Source of the DNA: an uncultured Porphyromonas sp.
Lineage (GTDB): Bacteria; Bacteroidota; Bacteroidia; Bacteroidales; Porphyromonadaceae
Direction of reading: 5' to 3'
DNA length: 33,291 nucleotides
NCBI GenBank assembly: GCA_945965245.1
Contig: CAMFNC010000110.1
Span: 1-33,291, forward strand
Part shown: in pieces, positions 29,624 through 33,291 of the stretch
Layout: the number at the start of each line of letters is the position of its first letter
How positions within the stretch are numbered: position 1 is the first letter of the stretch
Made by a program: the position numbers and the translations under genes
The notes under the pieces: generated by a model
Told to the model about the DNA's origin: nothing
Database searches by the model: none
Seen by the model: the letters and a program-made list of their open reading frames with translations, nothing else

Positions 29624-29953
29624 TCAGACTTCCGTTACTACGGTGAACAGCACAAGGTCACTATCACCCGTATTGACTATGCTGTGCGTGGCACCTTTGG
29701 GACAAAAATGCACGTTGCCGGGGAGTAGCGTTTCCTCGTATTCATTGCAAATGGCCTTTCCTGTGCCACTGACGATGTAGTTTATATCCTTACTCGTCGA
29801 GTGTGGATGCAGTCCGATAGACGAACCGGCGGGCAGAATACTGTATATAATTTTTCCGCTTTCGCAGACAAATATCCGTGCATGGCATTCCCCCTCGCCG
29901 CCATTCATCTTCTGAACCGTTATCTCGTTTATATGGTTGAAATCGATTTTCAT
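29624..29953 (-). CDS. Cupin domain protein
   Basis: Cupin motifs 'GSSIGLHPHSTSKDINYIVSGTG' and 'GNVHFCPKGATHSIVNTG'. Confidence 0.88.
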   Translation of the reverse strand: MKIDFNHINEITVQKMNGGEGECHARIFVCESGKIIYSILPAGSSIGLHPHSTSKDINYIVSGTGKAICNEYEETLLPGNVHFCPKGATHSIVNTGDSDLVLFTVVTEV

Positions 29954-30075
29954 AGCTACCTATTAGATATTAACAATAACAAAGAAAAGAACACCTAAAG
30001 TGAGCAATGTGAGCATCTTGATGTAAACATTGTATTGTCCCAGATTGTTTTGTATTGAAGATTGGTAAACAAAGC

Positions 30076-31065
30076 TTATTTTTTCTGTTTGAAAAGCCAA
30101 TCACGCACGGCTTCGAGCCGGTAGGCGTAGTCGAACGAGTACATGTGCTCGCCGCCGTTTTTCATCTTCATATTTACAGGTGTAACGGTGTTGGGCGAGA
30201 ACCGAACGAAGTTAATACCGTATCCTTTGCGGATAAGTTCCTTCACTTTTGCCTCCTGCTCGGCCTGTGGTAGTCGTGCTGAGAATTCGGTTTCGCCATA
30301 TGCTACGCCTTTGTCTGAAAGCATTTGTCCCAACTCCTTCATCCCAGTGGATGCTTTCGGGTCAGCTGCCGAAACAACATAGAAAAACTTTTTATTGGCA
30401 AGGGGCGATAACACATTCACATCCCACTGGCTGCCCACAAACAACGACGCGGCGAACAAATCGGGATACCTAGAGTTGAAGTAAAACGAAATCATTCCGC
30501 CCATCGACTGTCCGGTGGTGTACAATCGGTTTTTATCAATACTGTACTTCCCAACAATGTACTGCAACAAACGCAAAGCCACATCGGCTTCATCGGTCAC
30601 CTGCCACTGGTCGTTGGTTACGTTTTCAGGACCTTCAAACGAAGGAACCAGCACAAAGCTCGGATTTTTGGCTTGGCTTTCATCCGTAGCCCAGATAATG
30701 CCTCCGTAGCCATGTTTGAGCGATGCCATCACGCCCTTGCCCACCGTGCTGGCATCTGCCATAAACAGCACCAACGGATATTGTTGGTTAGGGTCGTAAT
30801 TTTTGGGGATAAACAAATTGTAGTGTATCGTTCGCCCTGTTTTCCTATCCTCAAAGGCCAGCTGTTGGAACCTGGGAGCGATTTCCTCGCGCAGAACAAG
30901 CAAATGAGAATCGTAGCTTTTGTCTGCCCCGCCGTACTCACCTGTCCAGAGGCTTTGCGCAGGCAGTGTCGAAGAAGTTGTCTGCATATTTTTCTTGAAA
31001 ACTGTGCAACCTGCAACAACGGCAAGCGCTGCAAATACCAATACGGTTGATTGTATTCTTTTCAT
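30076..31065 (-). CDS. Lipoprotein alpha/beta-hydrolase (esterase or predicted peptidase)
   Basis: Lipobox VAG/C, 'YNLFIPKNYD..YPLVLFM', nucleophile elbow GQSMGG, and C-terminal His 'GGEHMYSF...WLF'. Confidence 0.85.
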   Translation of the reverse strand: MKRIQSTVLVFAALAVVAGCTVFKKNMQTTSSTLPAQSLWTGEYGGADKSYDSHLLVLREEIAPRFQQLAFEDRKTGRTIHYNLFIPKNYDPNQQYPLVLFMADASTVGKGVMASLKHGYGGIIWATDESQAKNPSFVLVPSFEGPENVTNDQWQVTDEADVALRLLQYIVGKYSIDKNRLYTTGQSMGGMISFYFNSRYPDLFAASLFVGSQWDVNVLSPLANKKFFYVVSAADPKASTGMKELGQMLSDKGVAYGETEFSARLPQAEQEAKVKELIRKGYGINFVRFSPNTVTPVNMKMKNGGEHMYSFDYAYRLEAVRDWLFKQKK

Positions 31066-31142
31066 AATCCTATAATCTTGTATGTCTTAATGAATGCAAA
31101 GGTGCGATATTTGGGAGAAAGACGGGCTATGGAAATGGATAG

Positions 31143-32939
31143 TTATCCCAACTTTTTCCCGAGAACGCTGCAGATGGTTTCCACTATTTTCTCATAGTCT
31201 CCGATTGAACTGTCTATCATCAAATGATAATGGTGGCAATCATCCCATTGACAGCCCGTATAGTGCAAACAGTGCTCCCGACGTTCTTTATCGATGTGCT
31301 TCAATAGTCTTTCGGCTCTGTCGCTTTCCTCTCCGTATTCGGAAACGACGCGCTCCATTCGCACCTTTTCATTTGCATAGACGAAAATGCGTAAAATGTT
31401 CGGATGGTCTTGCAGGACAAAATTGGCAAGGCGTCCCACGATGACGCATGACTCCCTGTCTGCAATATCGCGTATAATGCGGCATTGGGCTTGGAACACG
31501 GCAGTCTGCACTGGGTCATCATACATCAGTCGTCCGTCTACCTTTTGCTCGCTCTCACCGACAATCCGTTCGCTCAGTCCGCTTTTCTCGGCAGTGAGTG
31601 AAATCAATTCTCGGTCATAAAACGTTACGCCGAGCTGCTGCGCCAGCAGTTCGCCTATGCGGTGGCCTCCGCTACCGTATTCGCGTGAGATGGTGACGAC
31701 AAACGGTAGGGTCGCGCTCGCAGGTGTGACCGCCTCTTGCACTGCTGTTCCGGCAACCGTCAGCCGGTTCTGCGGATTGAACGATGAAACATGGCGCCGA
31801 CCAAAGACGTAGTAATATCCCCACGAAAGGATGCATGGCACAATCATCCAAAGAAACATGGCATTGTAAGAGAGGTTTTTAACCAGTAGTCCGGCGAGAA
31901 GTCCACCTAAAGCAATACCAAAATCAAAGGCGACAAAGAATGTGGAACTGGCTGCACCACGTCGTTCTGTGGCTACGGCATGCATTGCCATCGTTTGCAA
32001 GGAAGGCTGAACGGCTCCGAAACTATAACCCAGCAAGAGGGCTGATATCAGATAACAGGGCAGGTTGTGGGCAAAGACCAAAAGTAAGATGCCCACTATG
32101 ATTGCGGCGTTGCCTGAATAGACCAACCTTGCTTCGCCATATTTGTCGATGGCGCGCCCCAGTAGAATACGTGTGGCTACTGTTCCCAGTGCGATAAAAA
32201 TGAAATAGAGGCCGCCACCAGGCAGTTCGCAAGAGGTGGCGTAGATGGCCACATAGACTTCAATCACGCCGTATGCCATCATGAAGAAAAACTGCGTGAC
32301 GGAGGCGGGCAGCGACATCGGCTCGAACAGTTCGCTAAGACGCAATGGAGCTTCCGACGTCGTGTAATTGCGCGACCGTATGCCTATGCCTATCAGCAGT
32401 GCCACCAAGGCCACCAAGGCTGCAATGGCAAAGAGTGGACGGAACCCCCATGCATTCATCACCGCAAGTCCCAGTGCCGGCGCCACAGCCGTTGAAATCG
32501 CCATCGAGAGCCCGTACATGCCAAGCCCTTCGCCCATGCGGCTGTGCGGAATGATGTCCGTCACCCATGTGGAGGACGCATTGCTCGATGCTGCATGGAA
32601 CACGCCGTGCACCGTGCGAAGCACAACGGCCAGCGCAATGCCTGCTGAGACGAAATATCCCATCGGGATGAATGCCATACCGACGAGTCCCAGCACGAGG
32701 ATGGCGCGTCGCCCCCGTGTGTCGATAAGCCAACCCACGAAAGGTCTCGACACGATGGAGGCTACACTGAACAGGGCTGTTGCCAGCCCGATGGTCAGCG
32801 CATCGCCCCCCAGCCAGGTAACAAAGAAGGGGAACGTGGGCAATAAGGCATGAAAATTGACGAAAATAAAAAAGTTTACCAGACAGATTCTAACGAAAGA
32901 ACCGGACCAGAGGTCATGTTTTTTTGCTGTTTTATTCAT
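31143..32939 (-). CDS. MFS transporter fused to a C-terminal cytidylate-kinase-like domain
   Basis: About 380 aa MFS domain with motif A twice (GWLIDTRGRR, GRAIDKYGE), a linker, then the P-loop 'TISREYGSGG' and 'SCVIVGRLA'. Confidence 0.88.
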   Translation of the reverse strand: MNKTAKKHDLWSGSFVRICLVNFFIFVNFHALLPTFPFFVTWLGGDALTIGLATALFSVASIVSRPFVGWLIDTRGRRAILVLGLVGMAFIPMGYFVSAGIALAVVLRTVHGVFHAASSNASSTWVTDIIPHSRMGEGLGMYGLSMAISTAVAPALGLAVMNAWGFRPLFAIAALVALVALLIGIGIRSRNYTTSEAPLRLSELFEPMSLPASVTQFFFMMAYGVIEVYVAIYATSCELPGGGLYFIFIALGTVATRILLGRAIDKYGEARLVYSGNAAIIVGILLLVFAHNLPCYLISALLLGYSFGAVQPSLQTMAMHAVATERRGAASSTFFVAFDFGIALGGLLAGLLVKNLSYNAMFLWMIVPCILSWGYYYVFGRRHVSSFNPQNRLTVAGTAVQEAVTPASATLPFVVTISREYGSGGHRIGELLAQQLGVTFYDRELISLTAEKSGLSERIVGESEQKVDGRLMYDDPVQTAVFQAQCRIIRDIADRESCVIVGRLANFVLQDHPNILRIFVYANEKVRMERVVSEYGEESDRAERLLKHIDKERREHCLHYTGCQWDDCHHYHLMIDSSIGDYEKIVETICSVLGKKLG

Positions 32940-32955
32940 CTCTCTTTTTTATTGC

Positions 32956-33004
32956 AAAAAAAATGTCTGATCATGCAACCCAACTGGATTTACGTGATCA
33001 GACA
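32956..33004 (-). terminator. Terminator- or attenuator-like hairpin in the MFS-fusion leader
   Basis: Perfect 10-bp inverted repeat TGTCTGATCA/TGATCAGACA followed on the minus strand by T8, ending 16 nt before the ATG. Confidence 0.55.
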
Positions 33005-33291
33005 CCACTCGTTGTTATTTTTCGAGCGTAAAGGTACAAAAAATACCAAATAGAGAAAGAGAAGGTTGGATTTTTTATTGTCGGGTTTTAATTTCAACTT
33101 TCATAGGGATGATCCTTTATGGAGCATTTTGTCACTTTTGGAGAGATTGTCCATAAGGATGCCATTGAAGTAAGAGGATAATAAAGAGGGCAAAGAAGAA
33201 AGCAGAGAGTTCTACTCCCGTCTTCACCCTCTTGGTTAGAGGCTATGGTTTAGTTGCCGAGCCATTCTATTGCCATGGGGTTTCCTACAGT

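Overview
This is a chromosomal window from a Bacteroidales bacterium, probably Porphyromonas-like, judged from gene content (T9SS sprA/sov, RteC remnant) and TAnnTTTG promoters. Most of it is core genes: a partial DUF3667 protein, etfB-etfA-acyl-CoA dehydrogenase, pheS-nth-ydbS-ydbT, ybaK, a DUF4476-like protein, pyrH-frr-rsgA-ruvA-sprA, an ECF sigma/anti-sigma pair divergent from a DUF6249-like gene, a C69 dipeptidase and serC-serA-DUF1015. There are two accessory scars: a decayed RloA/RloB (AbiL-like) ATPase-TOPRIM pair at about 20.4-21.6 kb, and an ICE-like remnant at the right end (rteC pseudogene, cupin, lipoprotein esterase, MFS transporter fused to a cytidylate-kinase-like domain). The most unusual signals are non-coding. 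(1) Three dispersed intergenic arrays carry a TATGCATA palindrome at an exact 22-bp period and share 14-bp spacers in a mix-and-match way. (2) Two back-to-back ECF-type promoters have identical boxes and spacing. (3) A terminator-like hairpin lies in the leader of the MFS-kinase fusion. All family assignments come from motif recognition; no database searches were run.
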